Shown: positions 26,358 to 36,345, numbered from the stretch's first letter. The stretch is DNA of 64,000 nt from an uncultured Verrucomicrobiae bacterium (GCA_963827205.1 CAWHAH010000016.1:43663-107662); one strand, 5' to 3'. Notes: a model not told the origin generated them from the letters alone. Program-made: numbers and translations.

Positions 26358-26493
26358 CCGCCAATAATTCGGAGGGACGAGTCCCACGAGTCCCAAATTT
26401 TAACCACGGCTTGTCGCGCCGGAGCAAGGCGAAGGCGGAATTCAATTCAACGCGGAGAATTTTGAACCGCAGAGACGCAAAGATATAGGGAAT

Positions 26494-26619
26494 TTACCTG
26501 CCAACTTCTGGAACATGGCAGCATTTGATACCAGCAAAGCTTGCCATCTGGGAAAGCTTTCGGTCTTTCGTCATTATTTTAGCTCCAAGGTAGATTGCAG
26601 TCTGCGCAATATACATATC
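26494..26619 (-). pseudogene. Displaced 3' end (41 codons plus stop) of the IS-interrupted orphan gene
   Basis: After removing the IS and one ATATC copy, the frame continues ...FGD-MYIAQTAIYLGAKIMTKDRKLSQMASFAGIKCCHVPEVGR-stop. Confidence 0.7.
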
Positions 26620-27776
26620 GAGACCTCTGAAAAAGGCCATGTTGGTTGTTTGATTTGATGTCATTGCCCCTGATCAACGGAATATTTGTTCGGCGAGACT
26701 CCGCCATCGGCGGTTCCATCCCCCACGATCGGCGGTTTTGTCCGCTGGACTGCCGTTCTGAGTTGTTTGATTCATGTTCCGGTCAAAGTCGCCAGCCGTT
26801 TGAGGTTCCAACAGACGCATTTAAACTCCAGTTCCAACCGGTTGGGGTCCCGCCCTACATACCGCACCCGCCGGTAACCCGTGCAGCGTTTCCACCAGCC
26901 AAAGATTCTTTCGATCCCGCACCGCAGTCGGCTCAACAGCTGGTTGACCCGCACCGTCGCGTCCCGCAGTTTTTCCCCACGGCTGGGCTTGCGCAAAATC
27001 CCGTTGGCGATGCCGTGCTCACCGCACCATTGGCTGCGGGCTTCACTCCAGTAAGCCTTGTCCGCCACCACCATTTCCTCGTCGCCTTGGACCACCGTTT
27101 CAAACTCCCGGCTGTCATGCACGTTGGCGGCCGTCAGCGTGACCTGTCGGATCAGTGTGTGCGTTTCATCCGCCGCGACATGTGCTTTGTAGCCATAGTG
27201 CGGCTGGCCTCGCTTCACGGTGTAGCCCGCATCGCTATCACCGCCAGCTTTGTCCTCCTTGGTCGGGGCGCGACGAGCCGCCTGCAACAGCGTCGCGTCC
27301 ACCAGCGTGCAGGTTTTGAGGAGGAAGCCCTTTTGTTCCAGTTGCCGGTTGACCAGCACCAGCAGCTCTTCCTGCAAGCCATGTTCGACCAGCCGTTGCC
27401 GGAAGCGGACCAGCGTTGTTTCGTCGGGCACCTTGTCCTGCAAACCCAAACCCACAAACCGCCGCCAACTCAACCGGTCGGCCACCAGTTCCTCGCACTG
27501 CGGGTCCGAGAGGCCATAGCAATGTTGCAGCAAACTCATTTTGAAGAGGGCCAGCGGCGGACAGGGTGGGCGTCCGGTCGTCGCCGGATACATCGCCTGC
27601 AATGCCTTTTCGATGGGCTGCCAATCCAGCGTGCGGTCGAGCCGTTCGAGAAAATCGTTGCCAGGAGTCGTGATCATCAAGCTGTCCAGCAGCCCCATTT
27701 GTGCGTTGGTCGTCGTTTGCATATTCCTCTGACGCACAGTCAAATCGTCCGTTCAAAAGAGTTTTGCAGAGGTCTC
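26620..27776 (-). mobile_element. IS5-family insertion sequence (1157 bp)
   Basis: Terminal inverted repeats GAGACCTCTGAAAAAGG / GAGACCTCTGCAAAACT, a flanking 5-bp direct repeat ATATC (26615-26619 and 27777-27781), and a single DDE transposase ORF. Confidence 0.85.
26772..27743 (-). CDS. IS5-family DDE transposase
   Basis: 323 aa. Motifs seen: the N-terminal LALFKMSLLQHCYGLSD region, DATLL, ADKAY and RCGIERIFGWWK. Confidence 0.9.
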   Translation of the reverse strand: MTVRQRNMQTTTNAQMGLLDSLMITTPGNDFLERLDRTLDWQPIEKALQAMYPATTGRPPCPPLALFKMSLLQHCYGLSDPQCEELVADRLSWRRFVGLGLQDKVPDETTLVRFRQRLVEHGLQEELLVLVNRQLEQKGFLLKTCTLVDATLLQAARRAPTKEDKAGGDSDAGYTVKRGQPHYGYKAHVAADETHTLIRQVTLTAANVHDSREFETVVQGDEEMVVADKAYWSEARSQWCGEHGIANGILRKPSRGEKLRDATVRVNQLLSRLRCGIERIFGWWKRCTGYRRVRYVGRDPNRLELEFKCVCWNLKRLATLTGT

Positions 27777-28594
27777 ATATCACCAAAAACATGCTCGTAG
27801 CCCGGCTCGTCAAATTCCCAGCGTATGCCTTTAGGCTCCGTATCTTCGACAAGAAGTGTTGCGTAGCACAACTCGACGACACGCTTTGACTTTTTGATGT
27901 TGTATTTACATTCTGGAAGCCGTCGCTGTATGTGAGCTTTTAATTTGCTTACGACATTGGGCATTTCTTGAGGCATTGGCAGGTCAGAAGCCTTTCCTGA
28001 CATTCCAAAGGCAAGGCTAATCGGGGTTCGGTCGAGTGAAACCGCAAAGAAAAGTTCGTTGCCTATGTGCGCGCGAATCAACTCCTTTTCAATTTCTATA
28101 CTTTTGCGATTCTCCGCTTTTTGTTTCGCGAATGTTTCCCCTTTTTCCCGTGAAGCTTCTGACAGCTTTGGGATGTCAAATTCGTATTGAAAATACTCGT
28201 CAATTCTTTCTATAAGAACACAGTTAAGCCGTGCATCTATCCCGACGCTGAATACGTTCCCAAGTTTGGAACGAGTTGCTTCGAGTATCAAATCTCTTGT
28301 GTTCGGATTCTCACGAGCAAGCGCAGGCGATACGATAAACGCCTTATCAAGATGTTCTTTGCATTCCCTTTTCCAATCTGAATTGCTGTCAACCACATAC
28401 GTATCTCGCTGGCTGATTACGTCCCGCAGGTTTTCCTTTTCAAATTCGTGTGGTATGTGTTTGCCGCACAAATCAAATAGGGTGCGAGAATGCTCAAGTC
28501 CCTTTTCGATCCGTTCGCGGTCTTGTGGCGATACCTTGGCAAGAATTTCTTGAACCTGCTTTTTGGGCATCGCAAAGAATGGTGGCACTGCCAT
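27740..28594 (-). pseudogene. Low-GC orphan gene (5' part) truncated by the IS5 element; the reconstructed C-terminus is PIN-like
   Basis: The region is visibly AT-richer than its surroundings. The last 13 codons (MRPLQNSFERTI) are IS-derived. I recognise no domain in the N-terminal ~270 aa. Confidence 0.6.
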
Positions 28595-28651
28595 AAAAGG
28601 GATATTGTCATGCTTGGCGATGCTTCATGAACCAAATCATTGTTTCTGCGG

Positions 28652-31563
28652 TTACGAATAATTTTCCATCCCCACGCAGGTGCAAACCGGATTGCGGTCG
28701 CCGAAGACGTTGTCCACGCGGCTGACGTGCGGCCAGAATTTGTAGTCGCGCAAACCTTGCGCCGGAAACGCTGCCTGCTCGCGCGAGTAAGGATGATTCC
28801 AATTGTCCGCTCGTAACCATGATCCGCCGTGTGCGGCGCATTTTTGAGCAGGTTGTTTTGCGGGTCCGCCTTGCCGGATTCGATCGCGCTGATTTCGCCA
28901 TGAATGGCAATCATCGCGTCGCAGAAACGATCCAGTTCCGCTTTCGATTCGCTCTCGGTCGGCTCAACCATCATCGTGCCGGGGACAGGCCACGAAATTG
29001 TCGGCGCGTGAAAACCATAATCCATCAGCCGCTTCGCCACGTCCTCAACGGTGACGCTCTTGAACTGGCGCAAATCGAGGATGCACTCGTGTGCAACGAG
29101 GCCGTTGCTGCGGTAAAGTGTCGGGAAATAATTTTCCAGCCGCCTGGCGATGTAGTTCGCATTGAGGATGGCGAACCGGGTCGCTTCGGCCAGGCCGTCC
29201 GCGCCCATCATGGCGATGTACATCCAGGAAATCGGCAGAATGCCCGCGCTGCCCCACGGCGCGGCGGCTACGGCGCCAATCGGATTTTCACCGCCAAGGT
29301 TCACGACCGGATGGCCCGGTAAAAATTCAAGGAGATGTTCCGCCACACCAATTGGTCCGATGCCCGGTCCGCCGCCACCGTGCGGGATGCAAAATGTTTT
29401 GTGCAAATTCAGATGGCCGACGTCCGCGCCGATGTCCGCCGGGCGGCAGAGACCGACTTGCGCGTTCAGGTTCGCGCCGTCCATATAAACCTGCCCGCCG
29501 TTGGCGTGAACGATTTCGCAAATTTCCCGGATCGTTTCCTCAAACACACCGTGCGTGGATGGATACGTAACCATCAGGCCTGCCAAGTCTTGCTTGTGCG
29601 CCTCGGCTTTGGCGCGCAGGTCGGCCACGTCAATGTTGCCTTCCTTGTCGCACGCGATGGCAACGACTTTCAGTCCGGCCATGACGGCGCTGGCAGGATT
29701 CGTGCCGTGCGCGGAAGTTGGAATCAGGCAGATGTTGCGATGCCCTTCGCCACGACTTTCATGCCAAGCCCGGATGACGAGCAGGCCGGTGTATTCGCCC
29801 TGGGCGCCGGCATTCGGCTGCAACGAAATTCCCGCGAAACCGGTGATTTCCGCCAGCCAGTCTTCAAGTTGCTGAAACAGCACTTGGTAGCCGCGCGTCT
29901 GTTTCAACGGCGCGAACGGATGAATTTTCGCGAACTCCGGCCAGGAAATGGGAAACAATTCCGCCGCGGCATTCAGTTTCATGGTGCAGGAACCGAGCGG
30001 GATCATGGAAGCGGTGAGCGACAGATCGCGCGATTCGAGCCGCTTGAGGTAGCGGAGCATTTCGGTTTCGCTGTGATACGAATTGAAAACCTTGTGCTTC
30101 AAAAAGCCCGAAGTCCTCAGTCCGCTGTCCACAGTCTTTTGCGCCAAATCGCCGATGTTAAAAGCGGGCGCTTTGTCGTCGTTAAAAACCTGAAGGATTT
30201 CGGTCACGTCGGATTCGCCCACGGTTTCATCGAGCGAGATGCCGAGCGTGTGGTCGTCAATCAGCCGGAAATTCATCCGGTGCGACTCGGCGATCTTGAG
30301 GATGTCGGTGGCGCGCCTGTCGCCGAGGGCGATCGGGAACGTGTCGAAAAAGTAGCGCAGGCGTCCCGCCTGCTCGTTCAGCTTTTCATTTTGCATTTGC
30401 CCACGCAGCCGGGGCGACTGCGCTATGGTAAAGCCAAGCTTCTCCAATCCTGCCGCCAGAATGCTCGTCAGTTTGTGGATTCGTGAAGCAATGGCTTTTA
30501 ACCCTTCCGGCCCGTGATAAACGGCATACATGGAAGCCATGTTCGCGAGCAGCGCTTGGGCCGTGCAGATATTGCTGGTGGCCTTCTCGCGGCGGATGTG
30601 TTGCTCGCGGGTTTGGAGGGCGAGTCGCAACGCCGGTTTGCCGCGCGAATCTTTCGACACGCCGACGATACGGCCGGGCATGTGGCGTTTGAACTCGTCG
30701 CGCGTGGCGAAAAATGCCGCGTGCGGGCCGCCATAGCCCAGTGGCACGCCAAAGCGCTGCGCGCTGCCGACGGCAACGTCCGCGCCGAACTCACCCGGCG
30801 GCTTCAGCAACGTCAGCGCGAGCAGATCGGTGGCCGCGGTGACGAGGGCGCCGGCCGCGTGCGCCTGCTCGACCAACCCGGTGTAATCATGAATGGCGCC
30901 GAAGGTATCGGGATACTGCACCAGCGCGCCGAACACGTTTTCATTGAACTGAAATTTTTCGTGCCCACCGACGACGATTTCGATGCCGAGCGCCTTGGCG
31001 CGAGTGCGAACGACTTCAATCGTCTGTGGGTGGCAATTCTCCGAAACCAGGAAAACGTTTCGATCATCCTTGAGCGAGTGGCTCATGGTCATCGCCTCCG
31101 CGGCGGCCGTCGCTTCGTCGAGCAACGAGGCGTTGGCGATGTCGAGACCGGTAAGGTCGGTGACCATCGTCTGGAAATTCAGGAGCGCTTCGAGCCGGCC
31201 CTGCGAAATCTCGGCCTGGTAGGGCGTGTAGGGCGTGTACCAGCCGGGATTTTCCAGAACATTGCGCTGGATGACGGCGGGCGTGATGCAATCGTAATAG
31301 CCCATGCCGAGGTAGGAGCGGAAAACCTGGTTCTGCGCTGCGATTTTTTTCAAATCGGCGAGGGCTCCAAATTCGCTGCGCGCGGCGGGAAGATTGAGCG
31401 GTTTGGCCAGCCGGATCGCTTTCGGCACGGCGGCGTCAATCAAAGCGTCCAGGCTTTTGAAACCGATTTGCGCGAGCAGGTCGCGGGTTTCAGCGGCATT
31501 CGGGCCAACGTGGCGGCGGACAAATTGTTCGGAAGAAACGTTCGGATTTTCAGTCAAAGCCAT
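28652..31563 (-). CDS. gcvP: Glycine dehydrogenase (decarboxylating), single-chain GcvP, with an apparent frameshift near 28805-28824
   Basis: Conserved throughout to ...KNAPHTAD. The conserved C-terminus [15 protein letters not shown]...[16 protein letters not shown]-stop lies in another frame and ends at 28652. The track ORF extension to 28417 is a frameshift artefact. Confidence 0.9.
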
Positions 31564-31676
31564 CCGGGGAAATTAAAGTTCGTGCCGTTAAAAAGCGAGT
31601 TGGATTTGGTGACTTGAACAGAAGCAAACAAAGGGAACAAAGATTTAACACCTTCGTTTTGTTTGTTGCTTTCTGT

Positions 31677-33941
31677 TCATTTCAATTGCATCGCGGCGCG
31701 GACGATGCGGCATTCGCCATAGCCGTATTTGCCGCCGAGCGCCGCCACCACGCCGCCAAGACCGTTAAAACCGTGTTTGGCAAACGCGGCGGCAATGTCG
31801 CGCTGCGCTTCGACCGTGAGCAATGACTTAACGTCAATCACTTCACCCGCGAGCATCGCTTCTTCGAGGTGGCTGTAAATCGTCCCGTCCTTCACCCCGC
31901 GAACGCGCGCAATTTCCGGAACCGTTTTGCCCTGCCGGAAAAAGTGCAGCGTTTCGCGCACCGTGTCCGTGCGCCGCGACCGGCGAGGCATCAAAGCGGC
32001 GGGTTCGGCAAACGAATCATCCGCAAAAAACTGTCGCGGGTTCGATCGCAAATGCGCTGCAATCTCGCGCAGGAACACTTCGCCGAATTCGCGCAGCTTC
32101 CGGTCACCCACGCCGCTGACGCGCGACAACTCCCGTCCGGTCGCCGGATAAAAGCGCGCCATCTGCCGCAACGATACGTCGGAAAAAACGATGTACGGCG
32201 GCACACCTCGTTCATCGGCCAGTTGTTTGCGCAACCCGCGCAGTTTCTCAAACAATGCCTCGTCGCACGCGATTTCGCCGATGCGATGCTCTGCCGGCTC
32301 GGTCGGAGCGACCGGCCGCGTGAGTGTGACCTTTTGCCGCGATTTGAGCGCCGCGCGGCCCCGGTTCGTGAGTTCGACGATGTTGAACCTGTCCGCGTTT
32401 TGAAAAAGGAAACCCAGCCGCACGAGTTCACGGCCAATGGCGCCCCATTCGGCACGGGTATGTTCGCCACCGATGTTGTAGGTGGAAAGTGATTGATGGC
32501 CGAACTTGCGGACCTTTTCCGTGTCCGCCCCGCACAGCACCTCGATGACGTGCTGAACGCCGACGCCGAAACCGCTCCTCTCGCGGATGCGATAGACGCA
32601 CGAGAGGAATTTCTGCGCGGCAACGGTCCCGTCCCACGTCTGTCGCGGCGCGAGGCAATTGTCGCATCCACCGCAATTTATCCCTTCCGTAGCAGCCGAC
32701 GTAAGGAGGCTCTGATCCATTCGGGAACTTGAAGTTGGAGCCTCCTCACGTCGGCTGCTACGAAGTTGAGAGGGTTGAAACTTCTCCCCGAAATATCCCA
32801 GCAGAAACTCGCGCCGGCAGGTTGCGACCTCGGCGTAATGAATCATCTGTTCGAGTTGCGCGCGGGCGATGTCACGCTCCTTCGGATCGGATTTTTCGTC
32901 AATGAACCGCATCTGCTTCACGCGGTCGCCGGGACTGAACAGCAGCAGACATTCGCTCGGCAGACCGTCGCGGCCCGCGCGGCCGGTTTCCTGGTAATAA
33001 CCCTCGATATTTTTCGGCAAATCGTAGTGTATCACAAAACGCACGTTCGGTTTGTTGATGCCCATGCCGAACGCGATGGTCGCGCAGATCACGCGCGCTT
33101 CGTCGCGGAGAAACGCCTCCTGATTTTTTGTCCGGTCGCCGGCGGTCATGCCCGCGTGATACGGCAACGCCTGCACGCCATCGGCGGACAGTTTGGCGGC
33201 CATGCTCTCCGCCGTCTTGCGCGCCTGGACGTAAATAATCCCGCATTCATTCGGCCGCGCGCGGACATAGGAAAGAATCTGCTCGTAAGCGCCGGACTTG
33301 GCCGCGACGCGGTAAGTCAGGTTTGGGCGGTTGAAACTGGCGACGTAACACGCCGGCGAGCGCAGGTGGAGTTGTTTAACGATGTCCACGCGCACGCGTT
33401 CGGTGGCCGTGGCGGTGAGCGCCATCATCGGCACGTCCGGGAACAGGTCGCGCAGCGCCAAGAGCTGCCGGTATTCCGGACGGAAGTCGTGGCCCCACTC
33501 GCTGATGCAGTGCGCTTCGTCAATCGCGAACAGGTTCACCTGCCACTTTTTCAAATCGTCGAGAAACCCGGACAACATCAATCGTTCCGGCGCGACGTAG
33601 AGCAACCGGAATTCACCGGCGTGCAACCCGCGCAACCGCGGACGCGACCCGCCGGCACCGAGCGAAGAATTCAGGAACGTCGCCGCCACGCCCGCCGCCT
33701 GGAGCGCGTCCACCTGGTCTTTCATCAGCGCGATGAGCGGCGAGACGACGACCGTGAGTCCGGGCCGCACGAGTGCGGGAAGCTGGAAGCACAGCGACTT
33801 GCCGCCGCCGGTAGGCAGCACGGCAAAGACATCCCGGCCCGCGAGCGAGTCGCGGATGATTTCCTCCTGCAACGGACGAAACGAACTGAAGCCGAAGAAT
33901 TGTTTCAGCGGCGCGAAGAGCTGGTCGCGGCGAAGATTCAT
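31677..33941 (-). CDS. recQ: ATP-dependent DNA helicase RecQ with HRDC and C-terminal HTH extension
   Basis: Motifs seen: FRPLQEEII, PTGGGKSLCFQLPA and DEAHCISEWGHDFRPEY, plus the Zn-binding Cys cluster. ATG at 33941; the upstream track extension runs through repeats. Confidence 0.9.
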   Translation of the reverse strand: MNLRRDQLFAPLKQFFGFSSFRPLQEEIIRDSLAGRDVFAVLPTGGGKSLCFQLPALVRPGLTVVVSPLIALMKDQVDALQAAGVAATFLNSSLGAGGSRPRLRGLHAGEFRLLYVAPERLMLSGFLDDLKKWQVNLFAIDEAHCISEWGHDFRPEYRQLLALRDLFPDVPMMALTATATERVRVDIVKQLHLRSPACYVASFNRPNLTYRVAAKSGAYEQILSYVRARPNECGIIYVQARKTAESMAAKLSADGVQALPYHAGMTAGDRTKNQEAFLRDEARVICATIAFGMGINKPNVRFVIHYDLPKNIEGYYQETGRAGRDGLPSECLLLFSPGDRVKQMRFIDEKSDPKERDIARAQLEQMIHYAEVATCRREFLLGYFGEKFQPSQLRSSRREEAPTSSSRMDQSLLTSAATEGINCGGCDNCLAPRQTWDGTVAAQKFLSCVYRIRERSGFGVGVQHVIEVLCGADTEKVRKFGHQSLSTYNIGGEHTRAEWGAIGRELVRLGFLFQNADRFNIVELTNRGRAALKSRQKVTLTRPVAPTEPAEHRIGEIACDEALFEKLRGLRKQLADERGVPPYIVFSDVSLRQMARFYPATGRELSRVSGVGDRKLREFGEVFLREIAAHLRSNPRQFFADDSFAEPAALMPRRSRRTDTVRETLHFFRQGKTVPEIARVRGVKDGTIYSHLEEAMLAGEVIDVKSLLTVEAQRDIAAAFAKHGFNGLGGVVAALGGKYGYGECRIVRAAMQLK
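32689..32761. repeat. 73-bp near-perfect palindromic element inside the recQ coding sequence
   Basis: 24-nt arms gtagcagccgacgtaaggaggctc / gagcctcctcacgtcggctgctac (1 mismatch) with a 25-nt loop. Translated in frame as ...RREEAPTSSSRMDQSLLTSAAT... Confidence 0.85.
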
Positions 33942-34021
33942 GAACGGAGAATAAAATGGAAGGCAGGGCGTGGCAAAATGAATCGCCGCGAAAGAACACA
34001 GCGCGGCGGGGCCGCAACCCA

Positions 34022-34096
34022 AGGAGCGCGGACAGCCTTGTCCGCGTGTTCCTGGTGTGCTTTTCGGGACTCGCGGACAAGGCTGTCCGCGCTCCG
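34022..34096. repeat. REPIN-like doublet of the GCGGACAG...CTGTCCGC family
   Basis: ggagcgcggacagccttgtccgcg and its exact reverse complement are separated by ~25 nt. Related copies sit at 37603-37665. Confidence 0.8.
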
Positions 34097-34172
34097 GGAA
34101 AATCTTCGCAAGCGGCGACGATCCTGGAATATAGCACCGTGGTGAACGCCGGCGCTCGCGAGGAAAATTTTC

Positions 34173-34460
34173 TTTGCGCTCAAGCCATTGGGTTTTGCGC
34201 GAGCCAATTCCGGTTTGCGCGAGCGGATTTCGCTTTGCGGAGACAAAATTCACTTGGTACAGGCCATTTCACGGTTTGCGCGGGGCAACTTCCATTTTGC
34301 GCGAGCAATTTTCGATTTGCGCGGGCGTTTTTTTCACCTTGCGCGGACGAAATCTGCTTTGCGCGGGCCATTTCCCAGCCTAGGCGGGGCATTTCGACTT
34401 CTGCGCGGGCAAAAACCGGTTTACGCGGCCATTTTTCAGTTTGCGCGAGTGTGGCAGCAG
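34173..34460 (+). repeat. Tandem array of ~14 degenerate 20-21-bp units with core TTTGCGCG(A/G)GC
   Basis: Unit starts read at 34173, 34194, 34214, 34234, (34254), 34275, 34296, 34316, 34338, 34358, (34380), 34400, 34420 and 34440. The spacing is 20-23 bp throughout. Confidence 0.85.
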
Positions 34461-34656
34461 GCACGCGCCGCCAAACCGAAGCATTTTGACGACATGACTC
34501 CGGTGGAAACGGATACCTTCAAGAAGAAACTCGACCGCAAGTTTAATCCATTCCGGGCGATTGTCGCCAAAGCCGCCCGAGCATGGTCATAAATTAAAAC
34601 GGCGGCGGATGAGCGCACGCCGCACTCCGTCCACCCTCCGTAGCAGAGCTACTGCG

Positions 34657-34876
34657 GAGATTGTGTTTTCCTGCGCAACGTTGAGGCGGCGCAATGCTTT
34701 CTCGTGGCGCAGGTTGGCAACCTGCCGTATCGCCGACTGGCAGTCGGCCGGGCGTCCGCAGCGGGTGGGCCGGCGGATTACCAATCCGCGATACAGCAGA
34801 CAGACTGTCTGCGCTACTTGGGTTGCGGCTGGCCGTGCCAGGAACATCTGTATTTATCTGCCGCCTGAACAGCCTT
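34657..34876 (-). repeat. 220-bp composite repeat, copy A1 (inverted relative to 38638-38857)
   Basis: ~94% identical by manual count (~13 mismatches in 220) to the reverse complement of 38638-38857. Contains palindromes gccgactggcagtcggc and gcagacagnctgtctgc. Abuts the TPR gene stop codon. Confidence 0.9.
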
Positions 34877-36276
34877 CACTGCCCGGCGTAGAAGGCTTCC
34901 ACCTTGGCCGAGACGTCCTTGTAGCCGGCGTCCATTTCGTAAATCTGCTTGAATTGCTCGATGGCCTCCTCTTTTTTGCCCATGCCTTCGAGCACGCAGC
35001 CGAGGTTGTAGATGAGGTCCTTCTTCTCATCGTCGAACACCGGTTTTTCCTTGATGGCGTTCTGGAGCGTGCGGGCGGCGAGGTCGAACATCTTGCGTTT
35101 GCCAAAGCATTGGGCGAGGTAGCTCATGGACGGGAGGCGCTTGTGCGGATTGCCCTGTGCCTTCTGAAATTCCGGAATGGCTTCGCCGATTTTGCCCGCC
35201 TGAAAATACAGCACCCCCATCTCAAACCGGATCGCCAGGTCGGTGGGATACTTTTCGACGCGTTTCTGGCATTCGGAGATTTGGAAATCCAGTCTTTCGG
35301 CCTGGATTTTCGCCGACTGTTCGGCGTGGTCCGGCGCGGAGGCATCGAGCTGTTCTACCTGATGATCGAACCGACGCACGACGGTTTCGGCGATGGCGCG
35401 TTCGAGCGACGGGTCGTTGCCCATCTCGGAATTTCTGATGCGATCATAAAGCGCCAGGGCGCGGTCGAACTGTTTTTTCTGCGTGTAAAGCTCCGCGAGC
35501 GAGCGGACGAGCTTGAGGTTTTTTGGTTCGGTTTCCAGGCGCGCCTCGTATTCGCCGATGAGCCGTCCGGCCACGTCCTCGGCCTTCACGACGCGCTTTT
35601 CCTGTTCGAGCGAAATGGCTTCCTGTTTGTTCTTCAGAATGTCGCGATACGAACCCTGCCCGCCCTCCAGCGAGCTGTAGCCGCCCTTGTCCATGGTCTT
35701 GCGCGCCGACAGGTTTTTCAACGCTTTCGACAGTTCGCCATCGCCGGGGCGCGCGCGCAGGAGGTCGCTGAGGATTTGTTCTCCGCGGCTGGCATCGCCG
35801 CCGCTGGCGGCGAGCGCCTCGGCAAATTCGATCGCCAGACCTTTGTCCTTGGGCGAATTTTTCAACAGGGTTTCGAGCGACAGCACGCCCGTCTGCGGCA
35901 GATCCAGCGCCTGGGCCGCCTCGACAATGAGGTGGTGCGCGGCGGAACTGTTCGGGTCGCCGTTCAAAATCTGCTCGGCGATGACGAGCGCCTCGGCCGG
36001 ATTTTTGCTCATGGCCATCTTGGCCTTGGCGACCTGCGGCGAGGAACCCGCGCCGCTCAACATCCTCTTAAAAAATCCGCTGCCGCCGTCGCCGGCCTTC
36101 CGGAATTGCGCGTCGCGCAAGGCCTTGCGGCACTCGAAAAAGCCCGGTTCCTTCTCCAACACCTGATTGAACAGCGCGATGGCGTAATCAAAATTCTCCC
36201 GTTGCGCGGCTTCGTTGCCCTTGGTGAAAAGCACGCGCAGGTCGCGCGAAATTTCGTTGATGCTCTTTTCTGCCAT
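34876..36276 (-). CDS. TPR-repeat protein
   Basis: 466 aa with multiple TPR-like helical repeats (e.g. AIALFNQVLEKEP, ALALYDRI, AIEQFKQIYEMD). ATG at 36276. Confidence 0.75.
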   Translation of the reverse strand: MAEKSINEISRDLRVLFTKGNEAAQRENFDYAIALFNQVLEKEPGFFECRKALRDAQFRKAGDGGSGFFKRMLSGAGSSPQVAKAKMAMSKNPAEALVIAEQILNGDPNSSAAHHLIVEAAQALDLPQTGVLSLETLLKNSPKDKGLAIEFAEALAASGGDASRGEQILSDLLRARPGDGELSKALKNLSARKTMDKGGYSSLEGGQGSYRDILKNKQEAISLEQEKRVVKAEDVAGRLIGEYEARLETEPKNLKLVRSLAELYTQKKQFDRALALYDRIRNSEMGNDPSLERAIAETVVRRFDHQVEQLDASAPDHAEQSAKIQAERLDFQISECQKRVEKYPTDLAIRFEMGVLYFQAGKIGEAIPEFQKAQGNPHKRLPSMSYLAQCFGKRKMFDLAARTLQNAIKEKPVFDDEKKDLIYNLGCVLEGMGKKEEAIEQFKQIYEMDAGYKDVSAKVEAFYAGQ

Positions 36277-36345
36277 AAAGTTTGCTTTTGATTGAACCAG
36301 CATCGCGCCGGAGACGCCAAAAATCAATCCCGAATGCCTTCAAAA

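Noticed and set aside
28417-28651. C-terminal extension of the 1048-aa gcvP track ORF
   Set aside because: It is an artefact of the frameshift near 28820. The conserved GcvP terminus is in another frame and stops at 28652, and the extension overlaps the neighbouring low-GC gene.
31564-31676. A glycine riboswitch might be expected upstream of gcvP
   Set aside because: No glycine-riboswitch-like conserved cores are visible. The spacer holds only a long hairpin (tgaacagaagcaaacaaa / tttgtttgttgctttctgttca), which probably acts as a recQ terminator or insulator.
33942-34253. N-terminal extension of the recQ track ORF (start 34253)
   Set aside because: It runs through the REPIN doublet and into the tandem array. 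RecQ homology starts at MNLRRDQLFAPLKQ... (ATG at 33941).
34173-34460. Possible CRISPR array
   Set aside because: The whole period is only 20-21 bp (an ~11-bp core plus ~10 variable nt), with no 25-40-bp spacers, degenerate repeats and no cas genes in the window. It is reported instead as a phased tandem array.
34561-36291. 576-aa plus-strand ORF
   Set aside because: It is antisense to the TPR gene (34876-36276, minus strand). The sequence is low-complexity and Arg/Ala/Gly-rich, as is typical of shadow ORFs in high-GC DNA, with no recognisable motif. Its 5' part runs through the 220-bp repeat.
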